Source: Methylorubrum extorquens
GTDB taxonomy: Bacteria > Pseudomonadota > Alphaproteobacteria > Rhizobiales > Beijerinckiaceae
NCBI GenBank assembly: GCA_900234795.1
Contig: LT962688.1
Location: 600,001 to 632,000 of the forward strand
Direction of reading: 5' to 3'
Length of the DNA stretch: 32,000 bases
Made by a program: the position numbers and the translations under genes. Shown piece after piece: positions 1-8,983 of the stretch (its first letter is position 1; each line of letters begins with the position of its first letter). Under the pieces are notes generated by a model, which saw nothing but the letters and a program-made list of their open reading frames with translations, was not told the DNA's origin and searched no databases.

Positions 1-62
1 CCTTGGCTCCCGTGGCCCCCTTGGCTCCCGTGGCCCCCTTGGCTCCCGTGGCCCCCTTGGCC
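1..62. repeat. Perfect 18-bp tandem repeat (ccttggctcccgtggccc) x3 plus an 8-bp partial unit, cut by the window edge
   Basis: Read directly. Units 1-18, 19-36 and 37-54 are identical, and 55-62 is a partial fourth. The repeat ends 40 bp upstream of the ATG at 102. Confidence 0.95.
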
Positions 63-101
63 TGCAAACCGCCCCCCGGAACGGCTGCGCCGTTCCTGCC
101 G

Positions 102-2057
102 ATGAGCCGCGCCGAGATGACGGCGCTCGGGTGGGACGCCTGCGACATCGTGCTGGTGACCGGTGACGCCTATGTGGATCATCCCAGCTTCGGCATGGCG
201 ATCATCGGCCGGCTGCTCGAAGCGCAGGGGTTCCGGGTCGGCATCATCGCGCAGCCCGACTGGCAGTCGGCGGAGCCGTTCAAGGCCCTGGGCAAGCCGC
301 GTCTGTTCTTCGGCGTCACCGGCGGCAACCTCGATTCGATGGTGAACCGCTACACGGCGGACCGCCGCTTGCGCCACGACGACGCCTACACGGCCGGCGG
401 GGAAGGTGGCCGGCGGCCGGACCGCTCAACAATCGTCTACACGCAGCGCTGCCGCGAGGCCTACAAGGACGTGCCGATCGTGCTCGGCGGCATCGAGGCC
501 TCGCTGCGCCGTATCGCCCACTACGATTACTGGTCCGACAAGGTGCGCCGCTCGATCCTGGCGGACGCGAAAGCCGATCTGCTGCTCTACGGCAATGCCG
601 AGCGCGCCGTGGTCGAGGTGGCAAACCGCCTCGCGGCCGGCGAGGCACCGCACGAGCTCGAGTCGGTCCGGGGCGTCGCCCTGTTCCGCCGCGTACCCGA
701 GCATTACACCGAGCTGCCCGCCGACGATCTCGACTCGACAGACGAGGCCGCCGCCCGCCGGCCCGGCGACACCGTGATCCGGCTCCCCGCCTACGACGAG
801 GTCAAGGACGACAAGGAAGCCTATGCCCGCGCCTCGCGCGTGCTGCACCGAGAGGCCAATCCCGGCAACGCGCGCCCGCTCGTCCAGCGCCACGGCGACC
901 GCGACCTGTGGCTGAACCCGCCGCCGATCCCGCTGACCAGCGACGAGATGGATGCGGTCTACGACCTGCCCTATGCCCGCGCGCCCCACCCGTCCTACGG
1001 CGACGCGAAGATCCCCGCCTGGGACATGATCAAGTTCTCGGTGACGATCATGCGCGGCTGCTTCGGCGGCTGCACCTTCTGCTCCATCACCGAGCACGAG
1101 GGCCGCGTCATCCAGAACCGCTCGGAGGGCTCGATCCTGCGCGAGATCGAGCGGATCCGCGACAAGACGCCCGGCTTCACCGGCGTGATCTCGGATGTCG
1201 GCGGACCGACCGCCAACATGTACCGGATGGCCTGCAAGGACCCGAAGATCGAGGCGGCGTGCCGGCTGCCGTCCTGCGTCTTCCCGGACATCTGCCCCAA
1301 CCTGAACACCTCGCACGACGACCTGATCCGGCTCTATCGGAAGGTCCGCGAGGTGAAGGGCGTCAAGAAGGTGATGGTCGCCTCCGGCGTGCGCTATGAC
1401 CTCGCGGTCCGAAGCCCCGAATACGTCGAGGAGCTCGTGACCCACCATGTCGGCGGCCGTCTCAAGATCGCGCCCGAGCACACCGAGCGCGGCCCCCTCG
1501 ACCTGATGATGAAGCCGGGCATCGGCACCTACGACCGCTTCAAGGAGATGTTCGACGCCGCCGCCAAGAAGGCCGGCAAGAAATACTACCTGATCCCGTA
1601 TTTCATCGCGGCGCATCCGGGCACGACCGACGAGGACATGCTGAACCTCGCGCTCTGGCTCAAGAAGAACGACTACCGCGCCGACCAGGTCCAGACCTTC
1701 CTGCCCTCGCCCATGGCGACGGCCACGACCATGTATCACACCGAGATCAACCCGCTGCAGGGCGTGCGCCGCGGCGGCAGCGAGCCGGTCGCTGCGATCA
1801 AGGGCCTGCGGCAGCGCCGGCTGCACAAGGCGTTCCTGCGCTACCACGACCCCGAGAACTGGCCCCTGCTTCGCGAGGCGCTGCGCGACATGGGCCGCGC
1901 GGATCTCATCGGGCCGAGGCCGGACCAGCTCGTGCCGTTCTCGCAACCGCCGGGAACAGGCACAGGCGTGAGCAAGGGGCGAGGCCAGCCGCGCCCCATA
2001 CGCGCCGCGGGTGGCGGGCAGCGTTTCACCACGAAGGGCGTGCCGTTCAGGAAGTGA
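102..2057 (+). CDS. ygiQ: YgiQ-family (UPF0313) radical SAM protein
   Basis: ATG at 102 ([12 protein letters not shown]...). The N-terminal [23 protein letters not shown] block is typical of YgiQ. Radical-SAM CxxxCxxC motif [13 protein letters not shown]. Basic C-terminal tail. The ORF-track start at 3 is only an open upstream frame through the tandem repeat. Confidence 0.85.
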   Translation: MSRAEMTALGWDACDIVLVTGDAYVDHPSFGMAIIGRLLEAQGFRVGIIAQPDWQSAEPFKALGKPRLFFGVTGGNLDSMVNRYTADRRLRHDDAYTAGGEGGRRPDRSTIVYTQRCREAYKDVPIVLGGIEASLRRIAHYDYWSDKVRRSILADAKADLLLYGNAERAVVEVANRLAAGEAPHELESVRGVALFRRVPEHYTELPADDLDSTDEAAARRPGDTVIRLPAYDEVKDDKEAYARASRVLHREANPGNARPLVQRHGDRDLWLNPPPIPLTSDEMDAVYDLPYARAPHPSYGDAKIPAWDMIKFSVTIMRGCFGGCTFCSITEHEGRVIQNRSEGSILREIERIRDKTPGFTGVISDVGGPTANMYRMACKDPKIEAACRLPSCVFPDICPNLNTSHDDLIRLYRKVREVKGVKKVMVASGVRYDLAVRSPEYVEELVTHHVGGRLKIAPEHTERGPLDLMMKPGIGTYDRFKEMFDAAAKKAGKKYYLIPYFIAAHPGTTDEDMLNLALWLKKNDYRADQVQTFLPSPMATATTMYHTEINPLQGVRRGGSEPVAAIKGLRQRRLHKAFLRYHDPENWPLLREALRDMGRADLIGPRPDQLVPFSQPPGTGTGVSKGRGQPRPIRAAGGGQRFTTKGVPFRK

Positions 2058-2203
2058 CGGCCTCCCGCGCCCAAGACGATTTCCGGATGATCGCTTTCGG
2101 GAACCGTTGATTCCCCTCATCGGGGAGCGTGGCGAGGCGGCAGCCGAAGGTGCGGGGGCTTGGCCGGACGAGCCTTTTGCCGAGCCGCCACCGGCTGCAC
2201 CCG

Positions 2204-3091
2204 TCACCCCCGCAGCCGCGCCACCGCCATCTTCCGCACCCGGCTCGCGTAGAACGAAAGAAACCCGCGCTGGGCGTGGTCGCCGGGGGTGCGCAGGACG
2301 AGGCCCGGATCGACAAGCATCCGCCTGCCCGTGGCGGCGGCGATGCGGCGGTTGAGAGTGAGATGCTCGCAGCGGGCGTAATCGTCGTCGAGATAGGAGC
2401 CGAGCCGGTAATCCGCGCCGCGGTAGAGCGTCAGCCCGTTGAAGGCCGAGAGGCAGGTGGTCTCGCGCTCCCGCGTCAGCGCGCTTTGTGCCGGGTAGAT
2501 CGTGTCGGAGAAGAAGCGGTAATAGCCGAGGGCGCCGCGGCGGTGGCGGGCGATGTCGTCGAGAAGGTACTCGTAGCTCACCGCCTCGTCCTCGTAGGCG
2601 AGCAGATCGTAATAGTGCGGCTGCGACGCCGCCGAGACGGCGAACAGGCCCGGCCGCTCCAGCTTGGCCAGCGCCGCGAGAACCGCCCCCGCTTCGGGCG
2701 GGCGCGCCATGACGTTGTCGATGTCGGCGACACAGACATAGGCGGGCGCCGGCCCCTGACCGTCGAGCACGCGCTTAAGATGTTCGCGGCCCCGGGCCAT
2801 CCGCGCCAGCCGGCCGCGGATGTCGGACATGAAGGCGGTGGGGACATGGCTGAGCTCGCCCCGCGCCTGCGCCGCCCAGAGCAGCGCCCCGGTGCCATCG
2901 CGGGAATCGTTCTCGCCGACGAGGGCGTGGCAATCGAGTCCCGCGTCCCTCAGGGAGGACAGGAAGCGCAGGAAGGCGGGGAGGGTGGCCGCACAATTGC
3001 GCGCCAAGGCCAGCACCACGATGTCGGGGCGCTCCGCATCGACGGGGTCTTGCAAGGAGTCTTGCACGCGGCCTTGCACCGGGTCGCTCAT
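2204..3091 (-). CDS. GT-A-fold glycosyltransferase-like protein (GT2-like signature)
   Basis: Start taken at MSDPVQGRV (ATG 3091), which overlaps the upstream stop as ATGA (3088-3091). VGENDSRDGT resembles the GT2 DDGSTDGT block. A DxD-like VADIDNV is present. No TM segments. The ORF-track N-terminal extension overlaps the upstream gene. Confidence 0.55.
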   Translation of the reverse strand: MSDPVQGRVQDSLQDPVDAERPDIVVLALARNCAATLPAFLRFLSSLRDAGLDCHALVGENDSRDGTGALLWAAQARGELSHVPTAFMSDIRGRLARMARGREHLKRVLDGQGPAPAYVCVADIDNVMARPPEAGAVLAALAKLERPGLFAVSAASQPHYYDLLAYEDEAVSYEYLLDDIARHRRGALGYYRFFSDTIYPAQSALTRERETTCLSAFNGLTLYRGADYRLGSYLDDDYARCEHLTLNRRIAAATGRRMLVDPGLVLRTPGDHAQRGFLSFYASRVRKMAVARLRG

Positions 3092-5451
3092 CGCGCGGCT
3101 TCCTTTGGGGTCTTGGGTAGGGCGGGGGATTGGGCGGTACGCCCGGCCGTCCGGCAGGCGCAGGGGGCTTGAGCCGCGATCTCGCGCTGCGGATCGAGGG
3201 TAAGCGTCCGGTTGAGCGACCAGAGCGTGCCGGCGCAGTTCTTGGCATCCCACCACGGGTTGGGCCGGCCGGTGCGGGCGCGCCAATCGACGCTGTTCCC
3301 GCTCACCGTCACGGTGTGGCAGGGCTCGGCGTACTGGTTCCAGACCGAGATGCCGACATTAGTGAAGAGCTGCGGCCGGGCGATCACCACGTTGCCGGCG
3401 ATGGTCATGTGGCTGCCGCTGGCCACCGCGATCCCGTACTGGCCCGGATCGATCAGCAGGTTGTCGCGGGCTTCCAGGTAGGCGCCGCCGCCGTCGCCGA
3501 GCATGATCCCGCCGCCGGACTGGCTCGGACCGCCGCCGACGAGGCGGTTGCGGCTGACCAGGATCGGCCGGCCCGGCTCGCCGCGCGATTGGAACAGGCT
3601 GATCGCGTCCTCCGGCACGCCGCGGCCGGGCTCGTTCTCGCCGATGTTGCACGAGATGCCGTTGCCGGGCCCCTTCACCTTGTCGAACTGCACGAACTGG
3701 CCGGCGGGGATCGGACCCCGGACATTGCGCACGCTGTTGCAGCGGACCTCGACCCCGGTGGAGGAGAGCGCGCGGATGCCCGAGAGGGTGTTGTCGATCC
3801 GGTTCTCCTCGATGGTGACGCCGTCGCTCCCCTCGACATAGATGCCGACATCCCCGGTGTCGCGGATCGTGAGATTGCGGATCGTCACGTTGCGCGAACG
3901 CTCGATCCGCACCCCCTCGCCGCCGCACGGCCCGAGGTCGAGGTTCTCGATCGTCCGGTCGGAGACGTCGCGCAGCACGAGGCAGGGACCGGACGGGTCG
4001 CTGACGGTACGGCGGCTCTCTTCGGCACGGGCGGGCGCAGCGGGCCAGGGCGCGAGGAGCGCGAGACCGGCGAGTGCGCCCAGGGACGTTCCCCGCACCC
4101 GTCGGGGCCGGTACGGCGTGTCGGGCGGGAGGGCGGCAACCTGCGCCCGGAAGATCATCGCGGCGCCGATGCCGATGCCGATCAGCGTCCAGAACGGGAT
4201 CGCCAGCATCGGCCCCTCCAGGGCAACGTCGAAGCTCGCATCGATGACGATCGAGGCGACGTAGCAGGCGATGAACAGGAAGAAGCTCTCCCATTTCCGC
4301 TCGCCCATTCGGCGCGCTCGCCAGAAGGCGGCGAGCATGGCCGCCATCCAGACGGCGCAGGTGAGGAGCCACAGGGCGAGGCCGGGCACGCCGCTGCGGG
4401 CGAGGTAGGTCATGTGGATGCTGTGCGGACTGCGCAGGGTCGGCCCGCCATTCTCCAGCCCGACCACGTAGCCGTCGGTCTCGGCCAGATTCGGCCCGAA
4501 CCCCTTGCCGGTCCAGAAATACGGCCCGTTCACGGTGTAGCCGACGATGGTGTTCCACCAGCGCAGCCGCCACTGCTTTGTGTCGTCGAGGTTGCCGCCG
4601 CTGCTCGGGGCGACGATGCTGACAATGTTGTTCACCACCGCCGCGGCGCTGACCGGCCGGTCGCTGTTGGGCAGTTCCACCTCGACATCAAGGGCGGCGG
4701 CGGCGCCCAGAAGGCCGGCGCCGAGGATCAGCGTCGCGGCCATCCGCTTCCATTGCCCGACCGCCAGAAGGGCGAGGCAGACCGGCACCGCGATCGCCAG
4801 CATCGAGCCGCGGTTCTGTGCGGCGGCGAGCACCGCGCCGAGGCCGACGAAGGCGACCCAACCCGGCCCGACCCGGACGAGGCCGACCAGGGCCAGAACG
4901 CAGGCACCGGTCAGATGGGCCGAGAGTTCGCCCGCCCGCGCCGCGAAGAACGGCACGTCGCCGAGGATGAAGGCGATGATCGCCATCGGGATCGCGATGC
5001 GCGCGAGCCAGCGGAACATCCGCAGCAGGGTCCCGAGCCGGCGCGGATCGTCGAGCAGGAGGGCGATCATGACGAAGGCGTAGCCGCCATAGAGCGCGAC
5101 CGCGCCATCGCGCAGGGCATCGACCCGGTATTCGCGCAGGCCGGTGAGCGTCCGCAGCAGCACCCAACCCATCAGCGCGGCCAGACAGAGTGCGGGTGCG
5201 GTGGCGAGCCCGGCCACGAGGTTGATGCCCGATCGCGCCCGCAGCGCGGCGAGCAGCCCTAGCAGGAACAGCAATTCGCCGGCATAGAGCGGCGGCAGGC
5301 CGAGATAGGCGAAGCTCTTGCCGAAGATCATGTACCCGGCAAACGCGATGCCGAGCGCCGCCAGGAACAACTCCGCAAGGCGGCTTTCCCGCGACAGGGC
5401 CGGGACGGTCGTCGTCGCTGCCATCAACACCCGCCCATCGACAATCGCCAT
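3088..5451 (-). CDS. Wzy/O-antigen-ligase-like polysaccharide polymerase fused to a C-terminal right-handed parallel beta-helix domain
   Basis: The N-terminal ~450 aa is polytopic membrane protein with a Wzy_C-like loop (AAAQNRGSMLAIAV ... SPHSIHMTYLARSGVPGL). Residues ~452-476 look like a signal peptide (RRVRGTSLGALAGLALLAPWPAAPARA/EE). The C-terminal ~310 aa carries beta-helix repeats (VTIRNLTIRDTGDVGIYVEGSDGVTIEENRIDNT...). Confidence 0.75.
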   Translation of the reverse strand: MAIVDGRVLMAATTTVPALSRESRLAELFLAALGIAFAGYMIFGKSFAYLGLPPLYAGELLFLLGLLAALRARSGINLVAGLATAPALCLAALMGWVLLRTLTGLREYRVDALRDGAVALYGGYAFVMIALLLDDPRRLGTLLRMFRWLARIAIPMAIIAFILGDVPFFAARAGELSAHLTGACVLALVGLVRVGPGWVAFVGLGAVLAAAQNRGSMLAIAVPVCLALLAVGQWKRMAATLILGAGLLGAAAALDVEVELPNSDRPVSAAAVVNNIVSIVAPSSGGNLDDTKQWRLRWWNTIVGYTVNGPYFWTGKGFGPNLAETDGYVVGLENGGPTLRSPHSIHMTYLARSGVPGLALWLLTCAVWMAAMLAAFWRARRMGERKWESFFLFIACYVASIVIDASFDVALEGPMLAIPFWTLIGIGIGAAMIFRAQVAALPPDTPYRPRRVRGTSLGALAGLALLAPWPAAPARAEESRRTVSDPSGPCLVLRDVSDRTIENLDLGPCGGEGVRIERSRNVTIRNLTIRDTGDVGIYVEGSDGVTIEENRIDNTLSGIRALSSTGVEVRCNSVRNVRGPIPAGQFVQFDKVKGPGNGISCNIGENEPGRGVPEDAISLFQSRGEPGRPILVSRNRLVGGGPSQSGGGIMLGDGGGAYLEARDNLLIDPGQYGIAVASGSHMTIAGNVVIARPQLFTNVGISVWNQYAEPCHTVTVSGNSVDWRARTGRPNPWWDAKNCAGTLWSLNRTLTLDPQREIAAQAPCACRTAGRTAQSPALPKTPKEAAR

Positions 5452-5677
5452 CGGTTCAGATCGGGGAGAAGTCTTGCGGGCGGCGCACCTCCTGACAATC
5501 GAGGCCGGCGGCGCATCGGGAGCGCGCCGGCCCGTACTTCCGACGTACCCCGAACGATCGAGGAATCGTCGCCGCCTCTCCCGATGTCCGCGTGGTGCGT
5601 GCGCCCGCCTCGTCTAGGGTCGCTCAGGCCTCCTTCCGGCAGGCATCTCCATCACCTCGCCCTCACCCGGACACAGC

Positions 5678-7012
5678 ATGCCCGCCCTCCCGCGCGACCT
5701 CCGTGCCCTGGCCGGCGCCCGACGCGCGGTTCTCGGGCGAAGGGTTCCTGGGAGACAGGTTCTCGCGCGGGTGGCGGCCGGCCCGGCACTCTCGGTGGCC
5801 GATCAGGCGCTGGTGAGCGCGTGCAACTTCGCCACCACCATCGTGCTGGCGCACGCGCTCGGCCTCGAGGCTTTCGGCCTGTTCTCGACGGCCTGGATCG
5901 CGGTGCTGCTCACCGTCAGCCTGCAGCTCGGCCTCGTCGTCTGCCCGATGATCAGCATCGGGCCGGGCCTGGGCGACGAGGCGCGGCCTGCCTATTACGC
6001 CATCGTCCTCGTCCACGAGGCCGCCTTCCTGACGCTGGCCGGCGGGGCTGTCGCGATCGGGCTCGCCTTGGCTTTCGGCGACCGGGCTTTGGGGCTCGCG
6101 GCGGGCGTGGCCTGCGCCGCCCACCTCGCCCAGGACTTTTGCCGCCGCTACCTGTTCGCCCGCGGGCGGCCCCCGGTCGTTCTGGGGATCGATGCGCTCA
6201 ACCAGGGGATCAAGCTCGCGGGCCTGATCCTGCTCAGCCGGGCAGGGATGCTCTCGCCGACCCGCGCCCTGGAGGTCGTCGCGGCCTCGGCCGCCCTGTC
6301 CTGCCTCTGCGCGATCCCGTTCCGGGGTGCGCTGGCGTGGCGGGCGGGCGAGTTCGGCGCAGCAAGCCGGCGGCAATGGCATTCCGGCCGCTGGCTGGTG
6401 CTCACGGGGCTAATGCAGTGGCTGAGCGGCTATGGCGGCCTGCTCGTCGCCGGAGCCCTGCTCGGCGTGACGCTGATCGGCGTGCTGCGCGCGGCGCAGA
6501 GCATCCTCGGGGTTCTCAACCTGATCCGTGACGCCCTCGAGAACATCGTCCCGCCGATCGCCGGCCGGGCGCTGGCGCAAGGCGGCCTCCACGGCCTGCG
6601 GCCGGTCATCGGCGTCACCGCCGCCATCGGCTTTGCCGGGGGCCTAAGCTTCACGGCGCTGCTGGCGCTCACCGGCAAGAGCCTGCTCGCGGCGGCGTTC
6701 GGGCCGGACATGGCGGCCTATGCCTGGGTGGTGGCGTGGTACTCGCTGCTGTTTCCGGTCTCGCTCGTGTCCTTCGCGCAGATCTGCGCGTTTCGCGCCC
6801 TGGAGCGGACGGGTGCGGTCTTCGCGGCCACGGCCGCCGCGGCGGCCCTCAACCTCGCCCTCGTCTATCCGGCGGTGCGCGGGTTCGGCATCGAGGGCCT
6901 GCTCGGCGTGGCGATCACGAGCGAAGTGCTGGTCTGCCTCGTCCTCGCCGGCCTGCTGAGGCGCGTTCTGCGAACCCCGTCAGGCACGCTCGGCAGCCTT
7001 CAGCCGGCCTGA
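5678..7012 (+). CDS. Wzx-like oligosaccharide flippase (MOP/polysaccharide biosynthesis protein family)
   Basis: 444 aa and hydrophobic throughout, with roughly 12 predicted helices. It is divergent from the polymerase gene and sits in a polysaccharide context. The family call rests on overall architecture, not a sharp motif. Confidence 0.6.
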   Translation: MPALPRDLRALAGARRAVLGRRVPGRQVLARVAAGPALSVADQALVSACNFATTIVLAHALGLEAFGLFSTAWIAVLLTVSLQLGLVVCPMISIGPGLGDEARPAYYAIVLVHEAAFLTLAGGAVAIGLALAFGDRALGLAAGVACAAHLAQDFCRRYLFARGRPPVVLGIDALNQGIKLAGLILLSRAGMLSPTRALEVVAASAALSCLCAIPFRGALAWRAGEFGAASRRQWHSGRWLVLTGLMQWLSGYGGLLVAGALLGVTLIGVLRAAQSILGVLNLIRDALENIVPPIAGRALAQGGLHGLRPVIGVTAAIGFAGGLSFTALLALTGKSLLAAAFGPDMAAYAWVVAWYSLLFPVSLVSFAQICAFRALERTGAVFAATAAAAALNLALVYPAVRGFGIEGLLGVAITSEVLVCLVLAGLLRRVLRTPSGTLGSLQPA

Positions 7013-7023
7013 CGATCGGGTTT

Positions 7024-7133
7024 CGAAAGGGATCATCCCTTTCGCGGGTCCAGGGCGGAGCCCTGGTTGAGGGAAGCCGGGGCGCTGCCCAGCTTTTTCA
7101 CTTTGCACCCCGCCAAAGGGATGATCCCTTTGG
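7024..7133. repeat. Pair of mutually reverse-complementary palindromic hairpins flanking a 68-nt spacer between convergent genes. Probable bidirectional terminators or a REP/MITE-like unit.
   Basis: 7024-7044 is cgaaaggga-tca-tccctttcg and 7113-7133 is ccaaaggga-tga-tccctttgg. The core aaagggatcatcccttt (7026-7042) is the exact reverse complement of 7115-7131. A further hairpin, ccaggg-cggag-ccctgg, lies at 7050-7066. Confidence 0.6.
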
Positions 7134-7142
7134 GAACCCACC

Positions 7143-8972
7143 TCAAAGCCGAAGCTCGCCCCCGGCGATCTCCGCGTGCATCGCTGCATCGATCCGGCGG
7201 TAGGCGCCGTCGCGGTCGATGTAGAGCGGGTCGTCGGTCCGGTCGGGGTCGAAGCCGTCCTCGGCCAGGGCGACCTTCTTCTGCTTGAACGTCTCGGTAT
7301 GGCCGAGTTCGTCGCTCAGGCGCAGGAACAGCGGCCGGGCATAGGCCGGAAGCCGGGTCTCCATCTCGGCGTGCAGGTGCGCGAGGTCGAAATCCGGCCC
7401 GACCGCGAGCGCCGCCATGCCGGCCCTTCCCTCCGCCCCCGGCACGGACACGCCGTAGACGTTGGCCTCGCGCACGCCCGCGACGCGGTGGAGCGCCTCG
7501 GCGACCTCGGTGGTCGCCACGTTCTCGCCCTTCCAGCGGAAAGTGTCGCCGATCCGATCGACGAAAGTGAAGTAGCCCTGCGCGTCCCGGCGCATCAGGT
7601 CGCCGGTGCGCATCCAGGCATCATTGGGTTCAATCACGTCGCGCAGCACCTTGCGCGCACTCTCGGCGGCGCTGGTATAGCCCTCGAACGTGTATTCCGC
7701 CCGCTCCGAGAGCCGGCCGAGCAATTCGCCGGCCTCGCCGAACTCGGCCGGGATGCAGCGCCCCCGCGCATCGCGCGCCGGCAGGCCCGTGGTGACGTCG
7801 TGGCGGACGATCAGGGCCGGCGAGCGCCGGGCCATGAACGAGGGCACGCGCCCCACCGCGCCGACCCGGCCCTCGACGTTGTAGAGCGAGAGCGTGCCCT
7901 CGGTCGCGGCGTAGAATTCGAGGATGCGGGGGATCGCGAAGCGCGCCTGGAACGCCTCCCAGACCTCCGCGCGCATGCCGTTGCCGGTGCAGAGCCGCAG
8001 GCGGTGCCGACCCTCGGCGGGGTCGGGGGCGGCAAGCGTGAGATAGCGGCACAGCTCACCGATATACTGGAACAAGGTCGCCCCGCTCTCGGCCACGTCG
8101 GCCCAGAACCGGCTGGCGGAAAATTTCTCGCGGATCACCACCGAGCCGCCGCCGAGCAGCACCGAGCCCGGCGCCACCACGCCGCCGACGCTGTGGTAGA
8201 GCGGCAGGCAATCGTACATGCGGTCGTCGGGCGTCGGGTCGATCAGGCCGGCGAACCAATGGGTCCACATCATCACCCGGTGGTGGCTCACCCGCGCGGC
8301 TTTGGGCAGGCCGGTGGTGCCGGAGGTGTAGATCAGCAGCGCGGGATCGCGCAGCGTGACGGGCGGCGCCTCGTCGAGCCCGAGCGGAGCCTCGCGAAAC
8401 CCCGCCGAGGCCGCGGCGAGCGTGTCGTTTGTGTCCGGCCCCTGCCACACGATCTCCGGCTGCTCGGCGAGATGGGGCAGAGCTCCCTCAAGCACGTCGG
8501 CGAGGTCGGCGGCGGCGATGACGAGGCGAGGGGCGGCGACCGCAAGGCAATGGGCGAGGCCGGCGCCGCGCAGGTGGGTGTTGAGCAGCGCCACGCAGAC
8601 GCCGACGCGGGTGAGCCCGAGCCAGATCGCGAGATAATCCGGGCAGTTCCGCATCAGGAGGGCGACGGTGTCGCCCTTGGCGAGCCCGCGCGCCAGCGCC
8701 CAGCGGGCGTAGCGGTTGCGGCGCGCGGCGAGTTCCCGATGGCTCAGGGTTTCGTCCCGGCCGATCAGGGCCGGCGCGTGGGCGCGCTCTACGGCGACGG
8801 CGTCCAGCACGAGGGGGAAGATGCGCTCCGGGCTCGCGTCAATCCGCGCCGTGCGGGCCAGGGCCCCGAGCCAGCCGGCGGTGGAGGAGGGCCGGGGCGG
8901 CGGGGCCGCGCTGTCTCGATCCGGGCGTCCCCCGAGCGGATCGGGGGAGGCTGCGGCGAAAGTCTGGTCCAT
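7143..8972 (-). CDS. FATP-type long-chain/very-long-chain acyl-CoA synthetase (adenylate-forming)
   Basis: Motifs YTSGTTGLPKAARVSHHR, YAATEG and TGDLMRRDAQGYFTFVDRIGDTFRWKGENVATTEV. Start taken at MDQTFAA (8972), 12 nt after the metA stop. Confidence 0.8.
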   Translation of the reverse strand: MDQTFAAASPDPLGGRPDRDSAAPPPRPSSTAGWLGALARTARIDASPERIFPLVLDAVAVERAHAPALIGRDETLSHRELAARRNRYARWALARGLAKGDTVALLMRNCPDYLAIWLGLTRVGVCVALLNTHLRGAGLAHCLAVAAPRLVIAAADLADVLEGALPHLAEQPEIVWQGPDTNDTLAAASAGFREAPLGLDEAPPVTLRDPALLIYTSGTTGLPKAARVSHHRVMMWTHWFAGLIDPTPDDRMYDCLPLYHSVGGVVAPGSVLLGGGSVVIREKFSASRFWADVAESGATLFQYIGELCRYLTLAAPDPAEGRHRLRLCTGNGMRAEVWEAFQARFAIPRILEFYAATEGTLSLYNVEGRVGAVGRVPSFMARRSPALIVRHDVTTGLPARDARGRCIPAEFGEAGELLGRLSERAEYTFEGYTSAAESARKVLRDVIEPNDAWMRTGDLMRRDAQGYFTFVDRIGDTFRWKGENVATTEVAEALHRVAGVREANVYGVSVPGAEGRAGMAALAVGPDFDLAHLHAEMETRLPAYARPLFLRLSDELGHTETFKQKKVALAEDGFDPDRTDDPLYIDRDGAYRRIDAAMHAEIAGGELRL

Positions 8973-8983
8973 CTCGGGCGCTC

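Noticed and set aside
3-101. N-terminal extension of the YgiQ ORF through the tandem repeat (LAPVAP repeats, TTG start at 3)
   Set aside because: YgiQ homology begins right after the ATG at 102. The extension is only the open frame of a repeat that is open in all frames. It is kept as a repeat finding instead.
426-2207. 593-aa minus-strand ORF antisense to ygiQ. The smaller overlapping ORFs at 163-345, 316-648, 406-777, 908-1399 and 995-1309 fall in the same category.
   Set aside because: It is a high-GC stop-codon-poor antisense frame. The translation is Arg/Ala/Gly/Pro-rich with no family motifs, while the sense frame has the full YgiQ radical-SAM signature.
2129-3172. 347-aa plus-strand ORF opposite the GT-A gene
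   Set aside because: Low-complexity antisense frame. The minus frame carries the GT2-like ENDSRDGT and DID motifs and is ATGA-coupled to the upstream gene.
3130-5262. 710-aa plus-strand ORF, plus the 404-aa (3359..4573) and other ORFs overlapping the Wzy/beta-helix gene
   Set aside because: These are antisense or alternative frames of a gene with clear membrane and beta-helix features. Their translations are low-complexity Arg/Asp/Gly/Pro.
5584-6531. 315-aa plus-strand ORF in an alternative frame of the flippase gene, and the 239-aa minus ORF 5663..6382
   Set aside because: Their translations are Arg/Pro/Gly-rich nonsense. The 5678..7012 frame gives a coherent multi-helix membrane protein.
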